A DNA stretch of 62,043 bases. Origin: an uncultured Bacilli bacterium. GTDB taxonomy: Bacteria; Bacillota_I; Bacilli_A; RF39; UBA660. The notes beneath the pieces were generated by a model. It did no database searches and was not told the DNA's origin. It was given only the letters and a program-made list of their open reading frames with translations. How positions within the stretch are numbered: the first letter of the stretch is position 1; each line of letters opens with the position of its first letter. This document shows, piece after piece, positions 20,339 through 29,868 of this stretch. The DNA lies in assembly GCA_947628725.1 (NCBI GenBank), contig CANRAQ010000001.1, positions 1 through 62,043 of the forward strand, written 5' to 3'. The position numbers and the translations under genes are program-made.

Positions 20339-22396
20339 CTATTGAACAATACTTGAATAATCTTTTAACATATATTTTTTTATTCTTATAAAATCAAGTG
20401 CATTAATAGAGCCATCCTTTGTAATATCTGAAGCTTCGAAATTAACTCCACTTAATGTCAATTGCTTTAGCATATATTTTTTTATTCTTATAAAATCAAG
20501 TGCATTAATAGAGCCATCACCATTAACATCACCATATATTACTATTTCATATGTTTTAGTTTCATTACCTACAGTAACTGTAACTTTGTCTCCAGTAGCA
20601 ATAGTTCCACTATTTTTGTCTTTAGAACTACTATTTTTTAGTGTTACTGTTGCATTTTTATTAGCATTTAATATTTTTTCTTTAATAATACTTATATTAG
20701 TTCCTACAGCAATTCCACTTAAATATTTATCATTATTTTTAATTCCAGCATTATTTAATGTTGTTTTAACATCAACTGGGTCTTCTAGTTTAGTTCCAGT
20801 AAGTTTTATGTTTATAACATAGTTTCTAACATCACCATTTTGTGCAGTTACTTTTATAGTTTTAGTAGTATTTTCTTTTATTTCAAATGTTCCAGTACCC
20901 TCTATTTTAGCAGTACTATTTTTTGCAACTGCGCCTATAGTTATTTTTGGATTGTTAATATCTAAGTTGTAATTATAAGTTGTAACTTCACTATTAAATC
21001 CAATTATATTAGTTCCATTTAGTGAAATACTCTTTAAGTGATTGTTTGGCCATCCACTTTTAGTAGGAAGTGCAGTACTTGTAGGCATATCACTATAAAC
21101 TGGAATATAAAATGTGTAACTTAAACCAAGCATATTATTATTGTAGTATGATCTATATGTAGTTACAGCCTCGCTTGATGGAGCGGATATATTTTGCATA
21201 TATTGATGTGAATAATTGTTATGGGTTGGAGTTCTACCAATTGATTTCAAATAATTATATACAACATCATATTTTTTAAAATAACTAGTATCTTGTCCAG
21301 GAGCAACATAATTATCAAAAATCCAAATAGCCCCACCTGTTATAGCTTTTTCTTCAGTATCCCAAGGCCTTAAAGTATTGGCATCAGTATTTGCAGCAAA
21401 GTCAAGGCCTCTATAAACTGGATTGCTTCCACCAGTTGCGCCAATATTATAAAAATTAAACATTTTATTATATGCTCCACTTATTGCAGTACCAGCAGTT
21501 GGACCATTTGATACTTCTTCTTTAGATAATGATGCTAAATAGATAGGATTAACTTTACTAGTTTTACCTGCATTAACAAAATTATCAGTAAATTTACTTA
21601 AATAATCATTTCCAAATATACTAGAAATACTCTTTTTTAAATTATCATCTGAAACAGTACTATCATAAGACAATGTTTCAAATTGAAATATATACATATC
21701 AGATAAAAAGTTTCTAGGATCCATATAATATGCTATAGTATCATAATTTGCTTTATACCATGGGTCAGAGCCAGTTGTATCATCATAAGCGATATAGCGG
21801 TCATTAACATAATCGAATGAATCGCTATCTAATGAAAGATATGCATAGTTACTTGACATACTTCTTCTAAGTAATGCTCTACTACCATATGTTTGATTTG
21901 TTACAGCATCTGAAAATTTAAGCCCTGTATCTATTTTTTTAAATGACCAATTAGGATGGGCAGATTTTAATACTGCTAATTTATTCCAATAAGTTTCTGG
22001 AAATCCTGCAGTTTTAAATTCGTTTTTTAATTCATCTGTTAAAGCGGATTTTGATAAATATGTACCACAATAATAACCATAATAAATTTTTCCGTTATAA
22101 GGGAACTTAACATATAAATAAGAACTTGGACATATACTATTATTTGATTTAATTTCAGGTGTATTAGTTAATACGGTTACTTCATCACCTGTATCTAACC
22201 ATACTGCTCCACTATTATATGAATTAAGATTTTTATCTTTATATAAGCAATATCCAGTAGACCCACTATACAAACTACATTTTGACCCACTATTATTAAT
22301 TACTGTAGCCTGATAATCTGCTTTAACTATTCCTACAAACAAAAAAGGTAATATAAATGAACATATAACATTTAACAACTTATATTTTTGTTTCAT
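20339..22396 (-). CDS. Secreted putative peptidoglycan hydrolase (N-acetylglucosaminidase-like) with a cadherin-like domain and a C-terminal dockerin
   Basis: 685 aa with a signal peptide. GFPETYWNKLAVLKSAHPNWSF and YYMDPRNFL are motifs I associate with clostridial glucosaminidases. NHLKSISLNGT...TTYNYNL...NYVINI is the cadherin-like module. The C-terminus GDVNGDGSINALDFIRIKKYML ... DITKDGSINALDFIRIKKYML is a duplicated dockerin Ca-binding segment. Confidence 0.6.
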   Translation of the reverse strand: MKQKYKLLNVICSFILPFLFVGIVKADYQATVINNSGSKCSLYSGSTGYCLYKDKNLNSYNSGAVWLDTGDEVTVLTNTPEIKSNNSICPSSYLYVKFPYNGKIYYGYYCGTYLSKSALTDELKNEFKTAGFPETYWNKLAVLKSAHPNWSFKKIDTGLKFSDAVTNQTYGSRALLRRSMSSNYAYLSLDSDSFDYVNDRYIAYDDTTGSDPWYKANYDTIAYYMDPRNFLSDMYIFQFETLSYDSTVSDDNLKKSISSIFGNDYLSKFTDNFVNAGKTSKVNPIYLASLSKEEVSNGPTAGTAISGAYNKMFNFYNIGATGGSNPVYRGLDFAANTDANTLRPWDTEEKAITGGAIWIFDNYVAPGQDTSYFKKYDVVYNYLKSIGRTPTHNNYSHQYMQNISAPSSEAVTTYRSYYNNNMLGLSYTFYIPVYSDMPTSTALPTKSGWPNNHLKSISLNGTNIIGFNSEVTTYNYNLDINNPKITIGAVAKNSTAKIEGTGTFEIKENTTKTIKVTAQNGDVRNYVINIKLTGTKLEDPVDVKTTLNNAGIKNNDKYLSGIAVGTNISIIKEKILNANKNATVTLKNSSSKDKNSGTIATGDKVTVTVGNETKTYEIVIYGDVNGDGSINALDFIRIKKYMLKQLTLSGVNFEASDITKDGSINALDFIRIKKYMLKDYSSIVQ
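20369..20518. repeat. Two identical 48-nt direct repeats (20369..20416 and 20471..20518), 102 nt apart, encoding the two dockerin segments
   Basis: catatatttttttattcttataaaatcaagtgcattaatagagccatc occurs twice with no mismatch. Confidence 0.9.
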
Positions 22397-22470
22397 TTAT
22401 ATCACCTTACCTCTAACATATATTATATCAAATTTCGACATATTTGTATATATTATAGGCAATATTTCCA

Positions 22471-23007
22471 TTACTTTACATTTTTATATATTCTTATATT
22501 CTTACTACCATACTTTTTTTCTTTTATTATATTTAAATTTATATTAAATACTTCATTTTCATATTCACAAATTATTATTCCATCATCTTTTAATAGATTA
22601 TAATTAATTATTTTATTAAGTGAATCTTGAATTAAATTTAATTTATATGGTGGATCTAAAAATATTATATCAAATTTAATGTTTTTAGATTTAAAGTATT
22701 CTAGTGCCTCTTTATAATCATTGTTTATAACAATTACTTCTTCATCTATGTTACTTATATTTTTTTTAATTATATCTATAAGTTTATTATTTTTTTCTAC
22801 TAGGTATGCTTTAGAACTGCCATTACTTAATGCTTCTATAGCAAGTGAACCACTACCTGCAAATAAATCTAAAACAATACTATTTTTTAGTTTATTTTGT
22901 ATACTCGCAAATAATGATTCTTTTACTCTATCCATAGTTGGCCTTGTACCATCAATATCAAATCCTATTATATTTTTTCCTTTATATTTACCACTAATTA
23001 CTCTCAT
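22471..23007 (-). CDS. rsmD: 16S rRNA (guanine966-N2)-methyltransferase RsmD
   Basis: 178 aa. MRVISGKYKGK, RPTMDRVKESLF, LDLFAGSGSL and FLDPPY motifs. Confidence 0.85.
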   Translation of the reverse strand: MRVISGKYKGKNIIGFDIDGTRPTMDRVKESLFASIQNKLKNSIVLDLFAGSGSLAIEALSNGSSKAYLVEKNNKLIDIIKKNISNIDEEVIVINNDYKEALEYFKSKNIKFDIIFLDPPYKLNLIQDSLNKIINYNLLKDDGIIICEYENEVFNINLNIIKEKKYGSKNIRIYKNVK

Positions 23008-23034
23008 ACTGTCACCAAACTAATTATATCATAT

Positions 23035-23256
23035 TTATTTTAATGATGAAATAATATTACTTATCATAGAAAAAGTTGATAATGCTTTATCTATTTTATC
23101 ACTAGGTCTAAGTCTATAGTTGATCCTAACTTCTTCAATAAAATCATTTATTTTATCTGGATTTCTATTAAGTATTTTATACCAATATGAATTTTCATGT
23201 AAATATCTTATAAATAGTGGGTTACTTTTTAATTTAAATTGAGTATCTAATGTCAT
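23035..23256 (-). CDS. YlbE-like small protein
   Basis: 73 aa. FIRYLHENSYWYKILNRNP resembles Bacillus YlbE. Synteny with ylbD-like and rsmD (ylbH). Confidence 0.5.
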   Translation of the reverse strand: MTLDTQFKLKSNPLFIRYLHENSYWYKILNRNPDKINDFIEEVRINYRLRPSDKIDKALSTFSMISNIISSLK

Positions 23257-23630
23257 TAATCCTCAAAATGTTTATATAATGGTCTAGGTTTATAGGCTGG
23301 TTTACTATCCGATGTATTATCTTTTTTAGAAAAATCTTGTACTACGCCAAGTACTCTTTGAACATTACCGATGCCTTCTTGTAACCCATCTAAATCTACA
23401 TTTTTAAACCAATTTACTACCTCACTCAATGTAAGACCAGCAATCGCTGTTTTACCTGCCTTAGTTTCTACTTTTTCTTCCTTTTTTAAATATGTAGACC
23501 ATGCTTCTTCCTTATCACCATATAAATCGTACATTTCATAAAATTTTTGCCATGTCATTTCATTATTTCTAACATATTTGATTAATTGTGGGTTATTTTT
23601 AACAAATTCCTTAAACTCATCTTTTTTCAT
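23256..23630 (-). CDS. YlbD-like protein (putative coat-associated protein family)
   Basis: 124 aa. FKEFVKNNPQLIKYVRNNEMTWQKFYEMYDLYG resembles the Bacillus YlbD N-terminus. Confidence 0.5.
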   Translation of the reverse strand: MKKDEFKEFVKNNPQLIKYVRNNEMTWQKFYEMYDLYGDKEEAWSTYLKKEEKVETKAGKTAIAGLTLSEVVNWFKNVDLDGLQEGIGNVQRVLGVVQDFSKKDNTSDSKPAYKPRPLYKHFED

Positions 23631-23703
23631 ATAACACCTGCCTATTAAAATATATGAAAAAAAGAGTTTAATTATAATAAATTCTTTAAAGTAATTACTA
23701 TAA

Positions 23704-24975
23704 TTATTCTCCTATACAATATGGATATTCAATTTTATTAATTTTAGTTCTTTTAATTTCATTTAATTCTTTATTATTTCCTTTTGTCTTTACTAATAAG
23801 TAATTTCCAGTATGACCTATTATATAGCCATCCTTATATACCTCTGGTAAAAATTCTACTTCCTTACCTATAAATTTAGAAAAATATTCTATTTCTAATT
23901 GTTTACTTATATTTAATAACTCTCTAACTCTCATCTTTTTAGTAGTTTCATCTATATGATTAGGTAATTCTTCTGCTTTAGTACCTGCCCTAAGAGAAAA
24001 TGGAAATACATGTATTTTAGAAAATTTTATCTTTTTTACAGTATCTATAGTTTCATTAAAATACTCATCTGTTTCCCCGGGAAAACCTACTATTATATCA
24101 GTTGTTATAGATATATTTGGTCTTATCTTTCTTATGTTTTCTATTTTATTTATAAAGTAGTTTTTGTCATATTTTCTATTCATACTTTTAAGAATAAAAT
24201 CCGATCCACTTTGTAGTGGAATATGCATGTGATCTACTAAAATATTTGTAGATTTTAATACTTTCATAAATTCATCATCTAATTCTGTTATTTCGATACT
24301 AGATATTCTAAGTCTCTCAAGTCCATCTATGCATACTAATTCACTCAATAATTTAGAAAAGTTATAATCTTTTAAATCTGATCCATAGTGTCCTGTATGA
24401 ATACCTGTTAACACTATTTCTTTATGTCCATCTTTAATTAAATTCTTTATCTCTTCTTTTATGACACTTGAATCCTTACTTCTTACTTTACCTCTCGCAT
24501 ATGGAATTATACAATAACTACAATAGTTTTCACAACCATCTTCTATTTTTACAAATGCCCTAGTTTTATTAAAATTATTTAAACACATATTTTCAAATTT
24601 TTTATCCATTATATTTTCTATATGTAATATTTTTTTATTATTTTTTCTATATTCTTCTATATAATCTACTATTTTACTTTTTCCATCATTTCCTAATATT
24701 ATAGATACATTAAGTTTATCAAGTAATTTATAATTTACTTGAGACATACACCCAGTTGCAACAACTATGGAATCTTTATGATTATTTAAAATATGTCTTA
24801 TTGTCTTTAAAGATTTTTTATCACTAGTATTAGTTACAGTACATGTATTTACTATAAATATATCAGAGTCTTCTATACTTCCTTCTTTATATCCAGCATT
24901 TATCAATTTATCTTTCATAACATTAGATTCATATGTATTAACCTTACAACCTAATGTATAAATATAAAACTTCAT
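23704..24975 (-). CDS. mtaB: tRNA (t6A37) methylthiotransferase MtaB (radical SAM, UPF0004 + TRAM)
   Basis: 423 aa. YTLGCKVNTYES at the N-terminus, CENYCSYCIIPYARG radical SAM cluster and a C-terminal TRAM-like region. Confidence 0.8.
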   Translation of the reverse strand: MKFYIYTLGCKVNTYESNVMKDKLINAGYKEGSIEDSDIFIVNTCTVTNTSDKKSLKTIRHILNNHKDSIVVATGCMSQVNYKLLDKLNVSIILGNDGKSKIVDYIEEYRKNNKKILHIENIMDKKFENMCLNNFNKTRAFVKIEDGCENYCSYCIIPYARGKVRSKDSSVIKEEIKNLIKDGHKEIVLTGIHTGHYGSDLKDYNFSKLLSELVCIDGLERLRISSIEITELDDEFMKVLKSTNILVDHMHIPLQSGSDFILKSMNRKYDKNYFINKIENIRKIRPNISITTDIIVGFPGETDEYFNETIDTVKKIKFSKIHVFPFSLRAGTKAEELPNHIDETTKKMRVRELLNISKQLEIEYFSKFIGKEVEFLPEVYKDGYIIGHTGNYLLVKTKGNNKELNEIKRTKINKIEYPYCIGE

Positions 24976-25023
24976 AAAATCACATCCATAATCAATTTTA
25001 CACTATTATTATATAAAAATCTA

Positions 25024-25053
25024 CAAAAAAGCAAGGATTAATTATTTCCTTGC
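25024..25053 (-). terminator. Rho-independent terminator after tsf
   Basis: On the minus strand, GCAAGGA-loop-TCCTTGC followed by TTTTTT. The hairpin overlaps the tsf stop codon. Confidence 0.7.
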
Positions 25054-25919
25054 ATTTGTTTAGCAACTTCTTCTGCAAAATTTTCTTCTCTTTTTTGCAT
25101 TCCTTCTCCTACTTCAAAACGAATCATAGTAGTAATTGTTCCACCATTATTTTTAACGAAATCTGCAACTGTTTCTTTGTTTTCTGCTTTTACAAATATT
25201 TGATTTTCTAGGCATACTTCTTCATAATATTTTTTAACCTTACCAACAAGTATTCCTTCAATTCTATCTGCAGGTTTTCCTTCGTTTAATAATTGTTCTT
25301 TCATTATTTCTTTTTCTTTATCAAGAACATCTGTAGGTACTTCAGAAGATTTTACATATAGTGGTTTCATTGCAGCAGCATGCATAGCAACATCTTTTGC
25401 AACATCACTATCAGCACCATCAATTACAGTTAAAACTGCAATTTTTCCACCCATATGTATATAATCTCCAAATACTTCACTATCTTTTTTAGAAATTACT
25501 TCTACTCTTCTTAGGCTTAATTTTTCACCTATTGTCGCTGTTTTAGATACTATTAAATCTTCAATAGTACCTTCACTACATTTTAATTTTAAAGTTTCTT
25601 CTAATGTTGTAGCATCACTTTCTATAACTGTATTTAAAATTTCATTTACCATATCGATAAATTTTTCATTTTTAGCAACGAAATCTGTTTCTGAATTAAC
25701 TTCAATTATTACAGCTTTATTACCTTTTGTTAATATAGATGCTACACCTTCTGCAGCAATTCTATCAGCTTTTTTAGCAGCTTTAGAAATTCCTTTTTCT
25801 CTTAACCAATCAATTGATGCATCAATATTTCCATTATTAGCCTCTAATGCTTTTTTACAATCAAGCATTCCAGCACCTGTTTTTTCTCTTAATTCTTTTA
25901 CCATACTAGCAGTAATCAT
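25038..25919 (-). CDS. tsf: Translation elongation factor Ts
   Basis: 293 aa. MITASMVKELREKTGAGMLDCKKAL is the canonical EF-Ts N-terminus. Confidence 0.95.
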   Translation of the reverse strand: MITASMVKELREKTGAGMLDCKKALEANNGNIDASIDWLREKGISKAAKKADRIAAEGVASILTKGNKAVIIEVNSETDFVAKNEKFIDMVNEILNTVIESDATTLEETLKLKCSEGTIEDLIVSKTATIGEKLSLRRVEVISKKDSEVFGDYIHMGGKIAVLTVIDGADSDVAKDVAMHAAAMKPLYVKSSEVPTDVLDKEKEIMKEQLLNEGKPADRIEGILVGKVKKYYEEVCLENQIFVKAENKETVADFVKNNGGTITTMIRFEVGEGMQKREENFAEEVAKQMQGNN

Positions 25920-25933
25920 AATATTCCTCCTCT

Positions 25934-25965
25934 TAAAAATTAAAAGATGATTTTAAATCATCTTT
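25934..25965 (-). terminator. Hairpin plus U-run between rpsB and tsf (attenuator/partial terminator)
   Basis: The palindrome aaagatgat..atcatcttt is followed on the minus strand by TAATTTTT. It lies in the 53-nt rpsB-tsf spacer. Confidence 0.45.
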
Positions 25966-25972
25966 ATCTTAT

Positions 25973-27016
25973 CTATTTTAAAGCTTCTAACAATTCAGCT
26001 TTTTTCATTGTAGAATAACCTTTTATTTCTTTAGTTTTAGCAAGTTCTCTTAGTTCAGCAACTGTCTTTTTAGATAAATCAACTTCTTTATCTACGGCTT
26101 TTTCTTTAACAGTTTCAACTTTTTCAACTTTAGCTACTTTTTCAGTTTCAGTTTTTTCTACTTTTACTTCTCTTTCAGATTTATTTGATGATTTTTTATC
26201 GAATACTTTTTTCTTTTTATCAAATGGTTTATCGAAAGTTTTTCTTTCTTCTTTTCTCTTTACAGATTCAACTGCTTTTTTCATTATATCTGTTCCATTT
26301 TCTTCAGTTTTACCACTTACATAATCAGTAATAACTCCACCGTTTGCCTCGATTATAGCATTATTCATAACACCTATAATTAATTTTACTGCACGAATTG
26401 CATCATCATTTGCAGGTATTACATAATCTACCATATCAGGATCACAGTTTGTATCAACTATACCAAATACTGGAATATTTAACTTTCTAGCCTCACGTAT
26501 AGCAATTTCTTCTTTAGTTGGATCAACTATAATCATTGCTTGAGGAAGTTTATCCATTTGACGTATACCACATAGTAATTTATCTAATTTTGCATATTCT
26601 TTTTTAAGACCAATTACTTCTTTCTTTGGTAATAAATCAAATGTACCATTTTCTTCCATTTTTTCTATAGTTTCTAATCTTTTAACTCTATTTCTAATAG
26701 TTCTAAAGTTTGTAAGTGTTCCACCTAACCATCTTTCTGTTACGTAATAAGAATCACTCTTAAGTGCTTCTTCCTTGCAAGCTTCTTGTGCTTGTTTTCT
26801 TGTTCCAACAAATATAACTTTTCCACCATTTTTTGCAATCTCATATAATGCAGAATAAGCTTCTTCTATTTTCTTTGCAGTCTTTTGTAAATCGATAATA
26901 TATATATCATCACGAGATGTAAAAATATATTCTTTCATTTTTGGATTCCATCTTTTAGTTTGATGACCAAAATGAACACCAGCTTCTAATAAATTATTCA
27001 TAGACACAACTGTCAT
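25973..27016 (-). CDS. rpsB: 30S ribosomal protein S2 with a ~100-aa Lys/Glu-rich C-terminal extension ending in a Rho_N/SAP-like helix-hairpin
   Basis: ORF track 25973..27046. Start at [27 protein letters not shown]. The conserved S2 core is followed by KRKEERK...KVEKVE... and [34 protein letters not shown]. Confidence 0.9.
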   Translation of the reverse strand: MTVVSMNNLLEAGVHFGHQTKRWNPKMKEYIFTSRDDIYIIDLQKTAKKIEEAYSALYEIAKNGGKVIFVGTRKQAQEACKEEALKSDSYYVTERWLGGTLTNFRTIRNRVKRLETIEKMEENGTFDLLPKKEVIGLKKEYAKLDKLLCGIRQMDKLPQAMIIVDPTKEEIAIREARKLNIPVFGIVDTNCDPDMVDYVIPANDDAIRAVKLIIGVMNNAIIEANGGVITDYVSGKTEENGTDIMKKAVESVKRKEERKTFDKPFDKKKKVFDKKSSNKSEREVKVEKTETEKVAKVEKVETVKEKAVDKEVDLSKKTVAELRELAKTKEIKGYSTMKKAELLEALK

Positions 27017-27124
27017 ATATATTCCTCCTTTTGTTATTTCTTCCACCTATATCAACTTTATACATCACCAATTGGCACTAGACATATAAATCCATAAGTG
27101 TGTAAATTTAAAAAAGCCATTAGT

Positions 27125-27152
27125 ATTATATCATAAAATACTAAATTTGTAA
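27125..27152 (-). promoter_or_regulatory. Sigma-A-type promoter upstream of rpsB
   Basis: Minus strand TTACAA - 16 nt - TATAAT, about 100 nt upstream of the rpsB start. Confidence 0.4.
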
Positions 27153-27221
27153 TACTTTTTTATTAATTTTATACATTTATTTTGATTTTAATCACAAATA
27201 ATACAATTATATATAAAAAAA

Positions 27222-27298
27222 TGGTGACCGGTACGGGATTCGGACCCGTGAATGTCACCTTGAGAGGGTGATGTGTTAAGCCACTTCACCAACCGGCC
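27222..27298 (-). tRNA. tRNA-Glu (anticodon CUC)
   Basis: Reverse complement GGCCGGTTGGTGAAGTGGCTTAACACATCACCCTCTCAAGGTGACATTCACGGGTCCGAATCCCGTACCGGTCACCA. 7-bp acceptor stem, anticodon stem TCACC/GGTGA with loop CTCTCAA, T-arm ACGGG/CCCGT and an encoded CCA. Closely resembles Bacillus tRNA-Glu apart from the anticodon. Confidence 0.85.
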
Positions 27299-27371
27299 AT
27301 GCCAAAAAGACAATATCATTTTAGCATATATTTATATAAATTTCAATCTAAAAGCTAAAAAAAGATACATA

Positions 27372-28001
27372 TTAGTACCTTTTTGATTTACTTATTCCAT
27401 ATTGAGTTAACTGTGTTTTTAAGTTTGAACTAATTTGAAATAAACTTTCTTTTAAATACTTAGATATAGTACTTCTTGATAAATTAAATTGATATCCAAT
27501 TTCATTTAAATTATAAGCCTTACCATCTAATCCAAAATACATTGTAATTATTCTTTTCTCTAAATAAGTTAACCCACTTATGTAAGATCTTATTATAGAA
27601 AATATTATCTTATTATTCTCATAATAATCCATTACACCTTCATCATAAACAGAAATATCTGCCTTTGATTTTGATGCTTTCATTTGAATTATATATAATT
27701 CAATTTCATCATCGATTAACTTTATTGCGTAATCATAAAAACTTGATTGATTTGATTTACTATAAGTATCTACTGCGCGTATTAATCCTATATTACCAAC
27801 TGATATTAAATCTTTTTCTTCCATATTAGAATTTTTAAATTTACTCTTAACTTCTTTAGATACCAAATAAAGATTTTGATTTATTATTTGATTTCTTGAT
27901 TTTTTGTCCCCTATTTTTAAACTTTCAAATAATTCTTTAGAATTTTTATCACATTGTGATTTGATTTCTGTTTCACTTTTAACAACTGAATAACTATACA
28001 T
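27372..28001 (-). CDS. Divergent sigma-70 family RNA polymerase sigma factor
   Basis: 209 aa. A region-2-like segment (NQNLYLVSKEV...LISVGNIGLIRAVDTY) and a region-4 HTH (NLNEIGYQFNLSRSTISKYLKESL). Other regions are poorly conserved. Confidence 0.6.
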   Translation of the reverse strand: MYSYSVVKSETEIKSQCDKNSKELFESLKIGDKKSRNQIINQNLYLVSKEVKSKFKNSNMEEKDLISVGNIGLIRAVDTYSKSNQSSFYDYAIKLIDDEIELYIIQMKASKSKADISVYDEGVMDYYENNKIIFSIIRSYISGLTYLEKRIITMYFGLDGKAYNLNEIGYQFNLSRSTISKYLKESLFQISSNLKTQLTQYGISKSKRY

Positions 28002-28071
28002 ACTACTTCCCCATTCCGTTGATTGACTATTTTAATACTTTTTTTAAAAAAGTCAAGTAGATAATCAAAAA

Positions 28072-29724
28072 TTATTTAAATAAATTATTATATCTTTCTT
28101 TAATTGAATCTTCACCAAGTAATTTCATTATTTCAAATAAATCAGGTGTCATTGATTTACTTGTTAGGGCAACTCTTAATACTGTAGATATATCGGCAAC
28201 ATTTCCTTTATAATTTTCTGGATTTTTCTTATATTCTTTCATATTTGATGCATAACCTAATTCATCACACATAATTTTAATATTATTGAACCAAATATCT
28301 TTATCAGATAAATCAATATATTTATTTATATATGTCGAAAGTATATTTTTTATTTCATCTTTATCAGTTATATTTTTCCAATCATATTGTTTTTCTTTAG
28401 AACGATATATGTCATCATACATATACCATATTAAATTTTCTATATCAGAATATTTAGCAATATCTTTTCTAGGTTTTTCCTGTTCACGCTCTATATTTAT
28501 TATATTTTTATAATAATCCTCATCTTTTAAAATTAATTTTTTTAATGATTCACTATATTTATCTGCCCAATTTAATGATTCAATATATAATTCTTCCTTT
28601 GTCATTTTAGATATAATATTTTTAGAAATATCATCTAATTTCATTAAATCATATAAAGCTCCACTCGTGGACATTTTTTTAGCACTAAACTCAAAATCAG
28701 TAAATTTTTTGTCTGGATTTGCTGTATGCCACTCCTCATAATTTGAATTTATTATAGTCATCAAAGATTCTATTACTGCAATTTTTGGATAACCAGCCTC
28801 ATCATAGTAAGTTATGCTTGCCTCTGGATCTTTTCGTTTACTTATTTTTCTTAAAGAGTCACCATCTTTTTTCATTATTAATGGTGTATGTATATATTTT
28901 GGTGGTTTAAAACCAAAGGCTTCAAACATTTGAATATGTTTTGGCGCACTAGATAACCATTCTTCACCTCTTACTACATGTGTAGTTCCCATTAAATAAT
29001 CATCAACAACATGAGCAAAATGATATGTAGGAAGCATAGTTTCACTTTTCATTATTACTTCATCTATATCATTTTCATTTAAAAAGAGTTTACCTTGTCT
29101 TAAATCATCAAATTCAAATTTATTTTCAAAATTTCCATTACTTCTAAACCTAATAACATATGGTTCTTTATTTTTAATTTTTTCTATGGCTTCTTCTATA
29201 CTCATTCTAGAACATCTAGCAAATCTACCATGATACCCTGTGCGAACTTTTATGATTTCTTGATTTTCTCTCATTTCATCTAATTCCTGTTTAGTACAAA
29301 AACATGGATATGCTCTACCAATTTCTATTAAATATTTAATAAATGTTTGATATATTTCTTTTCTTTCACTTTGAACATATGGTCCATATTCACCTACTAC
29401 TTTACCATCATATTCATATTCATCAGGATTAAGACCATAAGCATTTAATGTTTTAATTATAAGTTCAACAGCACCATCTATTTGACGTGCCTTATCTGTA
29501 TCTTCTGTCCTTAAATAAAATATTCCACCGCTTTTTTTAGCAATTATATAATTTATAATTGCCTGATACAATCCACCTAAATGCATATACCCAGTTGGTG
29601 ATGGAGCAAATCTAGTTACATAACATCCATCAGGAAGATTCCTTTTTTTATATTTATTTTCATAATATTTTATAGTCATAGTAATATTTGGAAATATTGC
29701 ATCCGCTAAATCCTTATTAGACAT
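28072..29724 (-). CDS. gltX: Glutamate--tRNA ligase (long, divergent form)
   Basis: ORF track 28072..29790. Start at MSNKDLADAIF. RFAPSPTGYMHLGG (HIGH region) and LRKISKRK (KMSKS-like). About 550 aa against ~480 for typical bacterial GluRS. Confidence 0.8.
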   Translation of the reverse strand: MSNKDLADAIFPNITMTIKYYENKYKKRNLPDGCYVTRFAPSPTGYMHLGGLYQAIINYIIAKKSGGIFYLRTEDTDKARQIDGAVELIIKTLNAYGLNPDEYEYDGKVVGEYGPYVQSERKEIYQTFIKYLIEIGRAYPCFCTKQELDEMRENQEIIKVRTGYHGRFARCSRMSIEEAIEKIKNKEPYVIRFRSNGNFENKFEFDDLRQGKLFLNENDIDEVIMKSETMLPTYHFAHVVDDYLMGTTHVVRGEEWLSSAPKHIQMFEAFGFKPPKYIHTPLIMKKDGDSLRKISKRKDPEASITYYDEAGYPKIAVIESLMTIINSNYEEWHTANPDKKFTDFEFSAKKMSTSGALYDLMKLDDISKNIISKMTKEELYIESLNWADKYSESLKKLILKDEDYYKNIINIEREQEKPRKDIAKYSDIENLIWYMYDDIYRSKEKQYDWKNITDKDEIKNILSTYINKYIDLSDKDIWFNNIKIMCDELGYASNMKEYKKNPENYKGNVADISTVLRVALTSKSMTPDLFEIMKLLGEDSIKERYNNLFK

Positions 29725-29868
29725 ATTATCATCCTTTCTTTTAAAGAAAAAAATTCTCAAATAGATAAAATAATTATAACAAATTATCAAATCTTTGTAA
29801 ACTTGATTTTTACTAAATAATATATTAAAATATAATTCATAAAATTAATTTTGATGAGGGAGGCTAAT

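Noticed and set aside
29725-29868. Possible T-box or other leader upstream of gltX.
   Set aside because: The intergenic region is short, extremely AT-rich and shared with a divergent gene. It contains no AGAGA, specifier or T-box sequence elements.
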